38,078 bases of DNA from Candidatus Giovannonibacteria bacterium RIFCSPHIGHO2_02_FULL_44_11 (GCA_001778595.1 MFHL01000005.1:1-38078); one strand, 5' to 3'; counted from the first letter of the stretch, positions 1 to 7,974 are shown. A program made the numbers and translations. The notes: a model not told the origin generated them from the sequence alone.

Positions 1-35
1 CAACCGCATCGGAGGTTCGAATCCTCCCGCTTCCG
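1..35 (+). tRNA. 3' part of a tRNA, probably tRNA-Ser (truncated by window edge)
   Basis: T arm ggagg-TTCGAAT-cctcc, then acceptor 3' strand cgcttcc and discriminator G. The preceding bases look like the end of a long variable arm. The anticodon is outside the window. Confidence 0.75.
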
Positions 36-95
36 GTTTGTTCCAGAGTATAAAATAAGGTTGGCGCGGATCCTCGGTTTTGTAAACAAAATCGG

Positions 96-154
96 GAAAA
101 ACCGTCAGAGGAACAATCCTCTCGTGAGTTCGAATCTCACCCCATCCTCCGCCA
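96..154 (+). pseudogene. tRNA-Ser-like 3' half remnant (no 5' half)
   Basis: Long variable arm agagga-acaa-tcctct and T arm gtgag-TTCGAAT-ctcac, ending ...tcctccGCCA. There are 3 extra nt between the T arm and the acceptor strand, and no D arm or 5' acceptor strand upstream. Confidence 0.6.
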
Positions 155-240
155 ATTAAAATTTTGCGTCTCTTGCGCGCTATTTTAATTTCAAACGGCA
201 AATGCGCTATACTTAATATCAGTGCTTTGCGCGGATTTGA

Positions 241-277
241 GCGGGCGGGAGAAATGAAAGGCGAAGCCGAGAGCATT
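241..277 (+). repeat. Left 37-bp inverted repeat flanking the 417-923 gene
   Basis: gcgggcgggagaaatgaaaggcgaagccgagagcatt matches the reverse complement of 1104-1140 at 34/37 positions. Confidence 0.9.
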
Positions 278-416
278 CCAAACTGCCAAAGAACCTGAAA
301 ACAAATCGGCTCGAACCATATTTGGAAGGGCAAAAGAATTTTTTTCATAAGAATATAGTTTACACTAGTGGTTAAAATAACGGCGGCAAAGATATTAACT
401 AAATAAGATAAAAACC

Positions 417-923
417 ATGAGAATATTAAACGAAGTCTTCACTGTAAACGACCTATTTAAAGTGGTGGCTATGTCTGTGACCATTCTCGTCCTAGAATTA
501 TTCACAGCATGGTATATCGGCACACAAATCCTCCCAGTCTATTTGCCGCAGGGATTCGGAGCTCTTTTCTTTTTCTATACGCTACCCGGACAATTATTCA
601 TGATTTTAGATTCCTTGCTATTTAATGGGGCTAAGTTTTTATCTTCTTTTCTTTCTGTTAAATTTACTCGGGTTACTCTTTCTGCCTTGATTGCTGGCTT
701 TATTTTTGATATAGGAACAACACTCTTCCAGTCTCAATTTACAGGATTAAATCTTGCTAGATTTTTACCTCTCATCGCAGGTACAATTATTATGGCGTTC
801 TTCCTCCGTAAAGCATATAATAATCTAGCTAGAAAACGTCTCTTCTACTTTCTTGCAATTATTTTTCCGATAATTATGCAGATTTCTTACAATTATTTAA
901 TTCTATATCGCGCAGCTTTTTGA
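417..923 (+). CDS. Hypothetical polytopic membrane protein (low GC)
   Basis: 168-aa ORF with about 5 hydrophobic segments, visibly more AT-rich than neighbouring genes. Confidence 0.7.
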   Translation: MRILNEVFTVNDLFKVVAMSVTILVLELFTAWYIGTQILPVYLPQGFGALFFFYTLPGQLFMILDSLLFNGAKFLSSFLSVKFTRVTLSALIAGFIFDIGTTLFQSQFTGLNLARFLPLIAGTIIMAFFLRKAYNNLARKRLFYFLAIIFPIIMQISYNYLILYRAAF

Positions 924-1103
924 GGTTCAAGCAATCCAACAAATTGCGAGAACAATACAAAATAGATATTTGCTATATATTTGCTGACAAGTTTATTTTG
1001 CGATAGAGTACCATAGGCAAGAATTGATAAATTGGTAGGTCGGAAAGAAAAAGAATTCACTGAATTGAGTTGTACTTAACTCAATTAAAAACTTGAAATT
1101 GTT

Positions 1104-1140
1104 AATGCTCTCGGCTTCGTCTTTCATTTTGCCCGCCCGC
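1104..1140 (-). repeat. Right 37-bp inverted repeat
   Basis: aatgctctcggcttcgtctttcattttgcccgcccgc is an inverted copy of 241-277. Confidence 0.9.
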
Positions 1141-1227
1141 CCATTCCGAGTCCCGATTGCAAAGCAATCGCGGACGAGGACAGAATTCCGTTCGAGCTAT
1201 TTGTAGAATACACCGCCAAAAAAATTC

Positions 1228-2373
1228 TTACTGCTCCGGCGGGGATTTTATTATGGTAAATTGCAAAGTTCGAGGGGAGATTTTAATTATAGAAAGAGAG
1301 CCGGGAACATTGATGATATCGTTGTTGATTATATCGTATTTTTGCCTGCCATCCGCCTTGTCCGAAAGGTCAATACTGACTTTGAGGCGCTCCTCGTTTA
1401 AGAAACTGAAATCCTGATTCTGTCCCGACAGAGAAACGCTGACCTCGTTGAAATTCGCATTTTCTATTGTGTACCCGGGCAATGAACGGAATTCAATCGG
1501 TATATCATAAATCCGCGTAATAGTTCCGGCGCCAAGCTGGACAACAAACGCGTACCATAAAAATCCGGACGCGCAGAGCGCCACAGCTTTTTCCTTCCAA
1601 TTCACAAAGGGAGTCCATCTCTTGGATTCTGCGCCGTCTTCAAGCAAATGCGTCCGCAAAAAATCATGGAGCCGTGCGGTCAGCTCATCAATATCGGTTA
1701 TAATCTTTACTTCTCCGTCCTCAGCGACGGAAATCGTCCCTTTCTCCTCGGAGACTATTATAATGAAGGCGTCAGTCCGTTCGGAAAGTCCAAGAGCAGC
1801 GCGGTGGCGCGTGCCGAAATTTTTAATTCCATGATGCGCGAGCGGCAGATGTGCTCCGAACGCGCGCACGCGATCCCCTTGTATGAATACTGCGCCGTCA
1901 TGACCCGGAGACGAGGTATCAAAAATACTCAAAAGCAGGGGCACCGAAACCCTGCCTCCCAAAGCAATTCCTCCTCCGGTGACATTGTCCAGCGGCTCCT
2001 CGCCCTGAAAAACTATCAGCGCGCCGGTTTTTGACAAAGCCAGCCGTTCCACCGCGTCTATTACCTGAAGCGACACGGTCTCCGGTATCAGCTCGCGCTT
2101 TGAATAAGAAAATCTGCGCCACAGCGACAGCCATTCAAAAAACCTTCTCAACTCGCGCTGAAAAACAACTATAAAAATTATCACGAAAAAACCGAAAAAG
2201 AAGCTGAAAAGATAGCTTGTAAGATACAGGTTAAAATAGCGCGCGGCAATATATATCAAAACCAGAACGCCGATGCCGTTGAACAAAAAAAGCGAATGAG
2301 TTTTTTTCAAAAGCAAAATTACCGCGTAGATAAGCACGGCCACCACCAAAATATCCGCCATATCCCTCAACAT
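1228..2373 (-). CDS. cdaA: Diadenylate cyclase CdaA/DacA with C-terminal TM and YbbR(CdaR)-like domain
   Basis: Three N-terminal TM helices, DAC motifs HDGA and GTRHRAA, and VSEEKG. The C-terminal TM is followed by a beta-rich YbbR-like segment. Confidence 0.9.
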   Translation of the reverse strand: MLRDMADILVVAVLIYAVILLLKKTHSLFLFNGIGVLVLIYIAARYFNLYLTSYLFSFFFGFFVIIFIVVFQRELRRFFEWLSLWRRFSYSKRELIPETVSLQVIDAVERLALSKTGALIVFQGEEPLDNVTGGGIALGGRVSVPLLLSIFDTSSPGHDGAVFIQGDRVRAFGAHLPLAHHGIKNFGTRHRAALGLSERTDAFIIIVSEEKGTISVAEDGEVKIITDIDELTARLHDFLRTHLLEDGAESKRWTPFVNWKEKAVALCASGFLWYAFVVQLGAGTITRIYDIPIEFRSLPGYTIENANFNEVSVSLSGQNQDFSFLNEERLKVSIDLSDKADGRQKYDIINNDIINVPGSLSIIKISPRTLQFTIIKSPPEQ

Positions 2374-2433
2374 GATATCTTTATATTAATGAACATTTTC
2401 ATTTTTGTCACGCGTGGAGTATAATATCGGTAT

Positions 2434-2961
2434 ATGGACCAACAAAAAAATATCATGGACCGGCAGCAGGATTATATGATAGGCAAAGAGATCTTTTCGT
2501 GGGAAGCTCCTGAATACTTCCAGCATCAGCGCGGCACCGACTGGTATTGGTGGGTGGGGCTTGTGGCCATAATTCTCTTAGGGATTGCTCTATGGCAGGG
2601 CTCTTTCCTTTTCGGAATTTTAGTGCTGGTCGGGTGGTTCACCGTAATCCTTTACGCACTGCGCCCGCCGAGGACATTTACATTTACCATCACCGAAAAA
2701 GGAATTTTGGTAAAAAATCCTAGCTCGGACGGGATAAAAATATATCCGTGGTCTGAACTCAAATCGTTCTGGATATTCTACAAACCACCGATTCAGGAAG
2801 AGCTTTCCGTGGTGTCAAAAAAAAGCATGATGCCGTATATCAAAATGCCTTTAGGCGGGGCGGACCCGGAACAGATAGAAAATATCGTTAAGAAATATAT
2901 CCCAAAAGCGGAGCAAAAAGAATCGCTAATTGACAGCGTCGCCCATTTTGCTAAGTTTTAA
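2434..2961 (+). CDS. Conserved hypothetical membrane protein (2 TM plus PH-like domain)
   Basis: 175-aa ORF with W-EAPEY..H.R..DWYW, two TM helices and a soluble C-terminus. TATAAT lies 8 nt upstream of the ATG. Confidence 0.8.
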   Translation: MDQQKNIMDRQQDYMIGKEIFSWEAPEYFQHQRGTDWYWWVGLVAIILLGIALWQGSFLFGILVLVGWFTVILYALRPPRTFTFTITEKGILVKNPSSDGIKIYPWSELKSFWIFYKPPIQEELSVVSKKSMMPYIKMPLGGADPEQIENIVKKYIPKAEQKESLIDSVAHFAKF

Positions 2962-2971
2962 TAAGTTTTTA

Positions 2972-3046
2972 GCGCCCATAGTTCAATGGATAGAATGCAA
3001 GCTTGCGGAGCTTGATATCGAGGTCCGATTCCTCGTGGGCGCACCA
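2972..3046 (+). tRNA. tRNA-Arg(GCG)
   Basis: Acceptor gcgccca/tgggcgc plus ACCA. D arm gttc/gaat. Anticodon stem caagc/gcttg with loop tt-GCG-ga. T arm cgagg-tccgatt-cctcg. Confidence 0.92.
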
Positions 3047-3618
3047 TGCAAAAAAAGGTTTTCATAATCCACGGCTGGGACGGCTCGCCGCAAAACTGTT
3101 GGTTTCCGTGGCTGAAAAACGAGCTTTCAAAAAATGGTTTTGACGTCACTGTTCCGTCAATGCCCGACCCCGAAAATCCGAAAATCGAGGATTGGGTCAG
3201 ACATCTTTCAACCGTTGCCGGAAAACCAGATGTAAATACGTATTTCGTCGGGCACAGCATCGGATGCCAAACTATATTGCGCTATATTGAAGGACTCAAA
3301 AAACCCGTTGGCGGAGTTGTCTGCATCGCGGGATTTTTTAGATTATTACATCTTACTACCAACGAAGAAAAAGAAATTGCAAAGCCCTGGCTTGAAACAC
3401 CGATGAATTACGAAAAAATAAGACTGAATGCGAATAAAATAACCGCTGTTTTTTCGGACAATGACCCGGACGTTGATTTGGGAGACAAAGAATTATTTGA
3501 AAAAAAATTAGGCGCAAAGACAATCGTGGAACACAATATGGGACATTTCGACGATGACGCGGGCATTAAAAAATTGCCGTCCGCACTTGACGCAATACTT
3601 GAAATTGCGGGGGACTAA
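3046..3618 (+). CDS. RBBP9/YdeN-family alpha/beta hydrolase
   Basis: IIHGW, W..WL, nucleophile motif GHSIG, SDND and GHF catalytic residues. Confidence 0.9.
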   Translation: MQKKVFIIHGWDGSPQNCWFPWLKNELSKNGFDVTVPSMPDPENPKIEDWVRHLSTVAGKPDVNTYFVGHSIGCQTILRYIEGLKKPVGGVVCIAGFFRLLHLTTNEEKEIAKPWLETPMNYEKIRLNANKITAVFSDNDPDVDLGDKELFEKKLGAKTIVEHNMGHFDDDAGIKKLPSALDAILEIAGD

Positions 3619-3628
3619 TTTAGAAAAT

Positions 3629-3660
3629 AAAAACGTCCAGATGAGCCGCGGACGTTTTTT
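3629..3660. terminator. Bidirectional intrinsic terminator
   Basis: aaaaacgtcc...ggacgttttt hairpin with A/T tracts between convergent genes. Confidence 0.75.
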
Positions 3661-3664
3661 ATGT

Positions 3665-4000
3665 TTAACTGTTTTTCAAAGACACTATTGCTTCGGAATT
3701 CCTGTATTTGCGTGTCGCAAGGCCGATCTCTTCCAAAAACTTAACGGCATGGTCCCAGTCTGCGAGCGTAAAAACTATCGAACCGAACCGGTAAGATTCC
3801 TCATATCGCACGGAGACACTTGTCTCGCCCAAAACTACGCACGATTCCAGTTTATTCAGCACGAATGAGGCGAACGATCCGAAAAATTCACAGGCACCAC
3901 AGTTTGATACCTGAACTGATTCAGCCCGCGCACTCACATCGTCCCTATGTCTTTTTTCCAGTCTGGAAACTCTCGCTTCCAGAGTTTCTTTTTCAGCCAT
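3665..4000 (-). CDS. Hypothetical protein
   Basis: 111-aa ORF with purine-rich upstream element (gggaagga) and a terminator right after the stop. Confidence 0.65.
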   Translation of the reverse strand: MAEKETLEARVSRLEKRHRDDVSARAESVQVSNCGACEFFGSFASFVLNKLESCVVLGETSVSVRYEESYRFGSIVFTLADWDHAVKFLEEIGLATRKYRNSEAIVSLKNS

Positions 4001-4062
4001 AATATATCGATCCTTCCCTTCAAATCTGGCTCAAATCTAACAAATCCAGTAAGATTTGCAAT

Positions 4063-6186
4063 ATGGACCTAAGTACTCCACTCGAGCAAATTTTCAGGCA
4101 ATTATCGCCGAAGCAAAAGTCCGGGCTGAAAAATTTAGGTTTAAAAACCGCCGAAGATTTACTCGGGCATTTCCCGTACCGCTATGAAAATCCTGCCGAT
4201 TTAAAAAAAATAGCGGAAGTTATAACAGGAGAAAAAGTCCGCATATGGGGCAGAGTCCAAAAAATAGACTTTGAGAAAACATGGAAGAAAAAAATGAATA
4301 TCGCCTACGCCACGGTGGAAGATCCAACGGGGCGCATCAAAATGGTCTGGTTCAGGCAGCCTTATATCGCGCGAATGCTGCCAGCCGGCTCATGCGCGAT
4401 ATTTTCGGGGACAGTTGCATCTCGTAAAGACGGATATTATATAGCAAACCCGCTCTATGAGCGAGTTGCCTGCAGTGTTGTACCCGAATTTACCAAAGAA
4501 GATTCCTCAAGGCTCCAGCCTCTTTATCCTTCAACCGCGGGTCTATCGTCGCTTTGGATATCAAAAGCGGTTGTCAAAGTCCTCGCGCTCGTAAAAGCGG
4601 ATGAATTTTTGCCGGAAAAAATAATAGAAAAATATCATCTCCCGACTCTGCAAACGGCGCTCCGCTGGGCGCATATTCCGAAAACAGAAGAACACTCAAG
4701 CGCCGCAAAAAAAAGATTTGCTTTTGAAGGGGTGTTTCTGATGCAATTAATGCGCGCTTCGCAAAAAGAAGAGATAAAAAAAACCGCGGGAATAAAACTT
4801 TCCAATATTGAAGCATTAAGGGATGAATTTATAAAACTTCTGCCTTTCGGCCTTACGGACGCGCAAAAAAAATCCATAGAAGACATATTGTCTGACCTCA
4901 AATCTGGCCACCCGATGAACAGGCTTCTGGAGGGCGATGTGGGTTCTGGTAAAACCGCCGTTGCCGCGTGCGCCGCCTATATCGTGGCAAAAAACGGGAT
5001 GCAGGCGGCGTATATGGCCCCAACCGAAATTTTGGCGCGCCAACATTTTGAAACTTTTTCAAAAGTACTGGGAAAAGCAAACATCAAAGTAGGCCTTCTT
5101 ACTTCGGGCTTTTCAGAAAAATTTCCGTCAAAAATAGCAAGGGAAAAATCAACGCATGTTTCCCGCTCACAGCTCTTAAAATGGGTCCGTGAAGGCGAAT
5201 TTCCGATTTTGATAGGAACGCATTCTTTAATCGAAAAAAAGGTGGAATTCAAAAACCTGGCTTTGGCGATGGTAGATGAACAGCACAGATTCGGAGTGTC
5301 CCAGCGCGGAAAACTTTCGCACAAGGAATCGGGCATGCCAATGCCGCATTTCCTTTCAATGACCGCGACCCCCATTCCGCGCACGCTGGCGCTCACAATC
5401 TACGCGGACCTCGACCTTTCGGTTATCAGCGAAATGCCGCTGGGAAGAGTGCCTATTGATACAAAAATAGTGCCCCCGAAAGACAGAAACTTGGCATATG
5501 AATTTATCAGACAAAAATTGAATCAAGGCGAGCAGGCATTCGTTATCTGTCCTCGGATAGAGCCTGCGGAGCCATCGTCCGAGGGCTTTATGCAAGCCGA
5601 GATGAAATCGGTAAAAGAAGAATACAAAAAACTGAACGAAAAAATATTTCCTGAATTTGAAATAGCGCTGATGCACGGCAAGCTTACGCCGAAAGAAAAA
5701 GATGAAACAATGCGCGTCTTCCGTGAAAATAAAATCCAAGTATTAGTTTCTACGTCCGTAGTTGAAGTTGGGGTGGATGTCCCAAACGCGACAATAATGA
5801 TGATAGAGGGCGCGGAGCGCTTCGGTCTGGCGCAGCTTCACCAATTCCGAGGGCGCGTGGGCAGGGGCGAGAAAAAATCGCATTGCTTTGTTTTGCCGTC
5901 GTCATACTCCGCGGACATTTTCAGGCGCTTAAAAGCGCTCACGGAAGCCAAAACCGGATTTGAGCTTGCGGAATACGATTTGGAATTCAGGGGTGCGGGT
6001 GAACTTTCAGGGCGCAAACAATCCGGTCTCTCCGACATCGGCATGGAAGCGTTAAAAAATTTGAAAATGGTGGAAGCCGCACGCTTTGAAGCGCGCGAAA
6101 TAATTGAGCAAAAAATTTTGGGAAAATATCCTCTGCTTGAGACAAAAATAAAAGAGCTCCGGATGGAGCCCCTGCATTTTGAGTAA
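4063..6186 (+). CDS. recG: ATP-dependent DNA helicase RecG
   Basis: Wedge/OB domain, GDVGSGKT, DEQHRFGV, MTATPIPRTL, QFRGRVGRG and TRG motif D..RG.G.L.G..QSG. Confidence 0.97.
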   Translation: MDLSTPLEQIFRQLSPKQKSGLKNLGLKTAEDLLGHFPYRYENPADLKKIAEVITGEKVRIWGRVQKIDFEKTWKKKMNIAYATVEDPTGRIKMVWFRQPYIARMLPAGSCAIFSGTVASRKDGYYIANPLYERVACSVVPEFTKEDSSRLQPLYPSTAGLSSLWISKAVVKVLALVKADEFLPEKIIEKYHLPTLQTALRWAHIPKTEEHSSAAKKRFAFEGVFLMQLMRASQKEEIKKTAGIKLSNIEALRDEFIKLLPFGLTDAQKKSIEDILSDLKSGHPMNRLLEGDVGSGKTAVAACAAYIVAKNGMQAAYMAPTEILARQHFETFSKVLGKANIKVGLLTSGFSEKFPSKIAREKSTHVSRSQLLKWVREGEFPILIGTHSLIEKKVEFKNLALAMVDEQHRFGVSQRGKLSHKESGMPMPHFLSMTATPIPRTLALTIYADLDLSVISEMPLGRVPIDTKIVPPKDRNLAYEFIRQKLNQGEQAFVICPRIEPAEPSSEGFMQAEMKSVKEEYKKLNEKIFPEFEIALMHGKLTPKEKDETMRVFRENKIQVLVSTSVVEVGVDVPNATIMMIEGAERFGLAQLHQFRGRVGRGEKKSHCFVLPSSYSADIFRRLKALTEAKTGFELAEYDLEFRGAGELSGRKQSGLSDIGMEALKNLKMVEAARFEAREIIEQKILGKYPLLETKIKELRMEPLHFE

Positions 6187-6522
6187 TTATTTTAAAAACC
6201 TTTTTGTGGCACGCTTGGAATAGCCGCTCGCCCTGCATATGACCGTTGAAATCTCATATAAATCCGTCGGCAATCCTCCGGCATTATAAATTTTACCCCA
6301 TGCTTTTTTTTGTTTTTTATCCAGTTTTACGTGTTTTTTAACATCAAGTTCCGGTCTCCAGAAATAAGAAAATGCCTCCGGCACAGAAAGTAAAATTTCT
6401 TTCAACCTTTCTTCTCTTACAAAAACAGGCATATCAAGGCTAGATGACCCGCCGGGCAACTTTCTAATTTCATGAAAAATTTCTTTCCAGTTCTTTCTCC
6501 GACGCAATTCATGATAAAGCAT
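6187..6522 (-). CDS. Hypothetical protein (cassette 1 behind recG)
   Basis: 111-aa ORF converging on the recG stop, with gagga upstream of the ATG. Confidence 0.6.
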   Translation of the reverse strand: MLYHELRRRKNWKEIFHEIRKLPGGSSSLDMPVFVREERLKEILLSVPEAFSYFWRPELDVKKHVKLDKKQKKAWGKIYNAGGLPTDLYEISTVICRASGYSKRATKRFLK

Positions 6523-6567
6523 AAATCCTCAAAATCAATCTAGAGATAGCATAACATGCCGTGAATA

Positions 6568-6609
6568 AAATTAAAAGAGCTCCGAATGGAGCCCCTGCAT
6601 TTTGAATAA
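6568..6609 (+). repeat. Duplicate of the recG 3' end (6145-6186)
   Basis: 39/42 nt identical. It encodes KLKELRMEPLHFE* versus recG KIKELRMEPLHFE*. Confidence 0.95.
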
Positions 6610-6621
6610 ACATTCGATTTT

Positions 6622-7053
6622 CTACAATCTTTCGATTAGCTCAATTTCCGCGCTCAACTTGGTCAATCGACAAATTTCTCGATTAATTGCTAACTGTATA
6701 TTCTTCTTGAACACCTGAGACCATAACCCACCTTTACAGACATAGTCGCCAAATGCGACGCCTATCGTTTCATGTACCAAATCCCTATAAAAATGCTTCT
6801 CGTCCTCAATATGATTGCATTCTTCTTCTTTTATCGGAAAAATTTGAGCGAAGTATATGCCCGAGTACATATATTCGGCCCGCTGCTCAGGATATGCTAA
6901 TTTTAAGCTTATCTTGCCGGCGATGTTGTGTAGTTTCCTCGCCCATTCCATACTTTCGTTTACAAATTCACATATTTTCATTGAATTTAAAACGAAATTC
7001 GGATCAAACAGAATCGTCGGTCCGTCTTTTTTACCCGTAAAATCCTCCTTCAT
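6622..7053 (-). CDS. Hypothetical protein (cassette 2 behind recG)
   Basis: 143-aa ORF bounded by recG-end repeats. Confidence 0.6.
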   Translation of the reverse strand: MKEDFTGKKDGPTILFDPNFVLNSMKICEFVNESMEWARKLHNIAGKISLKLAYPEQRAEYMYSGIYFAQIFPIKEEECNHIEDEKHFYRDLVHETIGVAFGDYVCKGGLWSQVFKKNIQLAINREICRLTKLSAEIELIERL

Positions 7054-7167
7054 GCCGCTCAGGCGAACCCTGCGGCTCTGTTAAAGAACTGCCTTTGCCG
7101 CGCCGTTGCCAAAAATTCAACACAAATCTTCGGTCAGCTTGATTGAATATATAGCATTTCTAAATCA

Positions 7168-7188
7168 AAAATAAAAGCCTTCTCACGA
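7168..7188 (+). repeat. Partial duplicate of the recG-end repeat
   Basis: aaaataaaagccttctcacga is 18/21 identical to 7931-7951. Confidence 0.6.
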
Positions 7189-7206
7189 TAACTATAAACG
7201 ACTAAG

Positions 7207-7240
7207 CAAGTATCTCACTACGACCGTGGTCAAACACTTG
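7207..7240. repeat. 34-bp imperfect palindrome downstream of the PaaX/Cas2-like gene
   Basis: caagtatctcactacg-AC-cgtggtcaaacacttg, related to 7876-7909. Confidence 0.85.
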
Positions 7241-7258
7241 CTTATGCTTTTAGATATT

Positions 7259-7843
7259 TTACAATAAATCAAAATATTTAAGCAGGTTTGCCTCGTTTGT
7301 TACGCTCTCTAATATTCCGTAACGTACGTGACGCCTGATATCAAACACTTCAATGACAAAATCGATTTCATCTTTGCATTCGTATGGAAAAACAAAAACG
7401 CTTTTTTGAAGTTCGTAAAATCCGAGTTCGCGCAATTTACTCCTTAAAGCATCTCTTGCTTGGCGATTTTTCTCCGGGATATCAAACATGACAACTCGCC
7501 ACTTTTTGTCCCATCTGGGAGGCAGTTTAATTTTCAAATCGTCTATACTAAACTCCATTGCCCTTAACTTCCCTTTCTCTGTGAGCACTATCCTTGTTTG
7601 ACCATCAGAAACATCTACCATGTCGACCAACCTGTCTCTATAAAATTCTGTGATGAGCTGCCTTAAATATTCCTTGTTAATTTTGCGAAATTCTTTAGGA
7701 ATAGATGTAAAAAATCTTGATATCCCGCGTTTCGAACCCATAGCCCCTACGGCGATGCCGCCGAGAAATAAAAGCAATAATTTTTTCTTCCAAGGACTAT
7801 AAATGCGCTTTCTTTTATAGTGCGCTTTTCTAATTTTTAACAT
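7259..7843 (-). CDS. PaaX-like wHTH plus Cas2-like ferredoxin-fold protein
   Basis: Wing motif IVLTEKG, then WDKKWRVVMFDIPE..R..RD.LR..L..LGF..LQKSVF, the PaaX central/Cas2-like domain. ATG at 7843 (alternative TTG at 7861). Confidence 0.85.
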   Translation of the reverse strand: MLKIRKAHYKRKRIYSPWKKKLLLLFLGGIAVGAMGSKRGISRFFTSIPKEFRKINKEYLRQLITEFYRDRLVDMVDVSDGQTRIVLTEKGKLRAMEFSIDDLKIKLPPRWDKKWRVVMFDIPEKNRQARDALRSKLRELGFYELQKSVFVFPYECKDEIDFVIEVFDIRRHVRYGILESVTNEANLLKYFDLL

Positions 7844-7875
7844 AACGCCATCCTTGCACAAATAATTATTACATA

Positions 7876-7909
7876 CAAGCGTTTCAACACGACCGTATTC
7901 AGATACTTG
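7876..7909. repeat. 34-bp imperfect palindrome upstream of the PaaX/Cas2-like gene
   Basis: caagcgtttcaacacg-AC-cgtattcagatacttg, related to 7207-7240. Confidence 0.85.
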
Positions 7910-7930
7910 TTTGTTAAATAAAAAATTGAA

Positions 7931-7972
7931 AAATTAAAAGCCCTCTCGCGAGAGCCCCTGCATTTTGAATAA
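7931..7972 (+). repeat. Diverged duplicate of the recG 3' end
   Basis: Encodes KLKALSREPLHFE*. The last 21 nt are identical to those of the 6568-6609 copy. Confidence 0.9.
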
Positions 7973-7974
7973 GA

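Noticed and set aside
1157..1417. 86-aa plus-strand ORF
   Set aside because: Starts within repeat/hairpin sequence and overlaps cdaA antisense.
2716..2736. Possible palindromic insert (NPSSDG) in the 2434-2961 gene
   Set aside because: Only a 4-5 bp stem; not distinguishable from chance without an orthologue alignment.
2958..3260. 100-aa minus-strand ORF
   Set aside because: Antisense to tRNA-Arg and the YdeN hydrolase; a shadow ORF.
7259..7861. CRISPR-Cas locus suggested by the Cas2-like domain
   Set aside because: No cas1, effector genes or regularly spaced repeat-spacer array. The nearby repeats are recG-end duplicates separated by whole genes.
6187..7972. Classical integron
   Set aside because: No tyrosine integrase in the window and no attC-type RYYYAAC...GTTRRRY sites. 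The repeats are coding-sequence duplicates.
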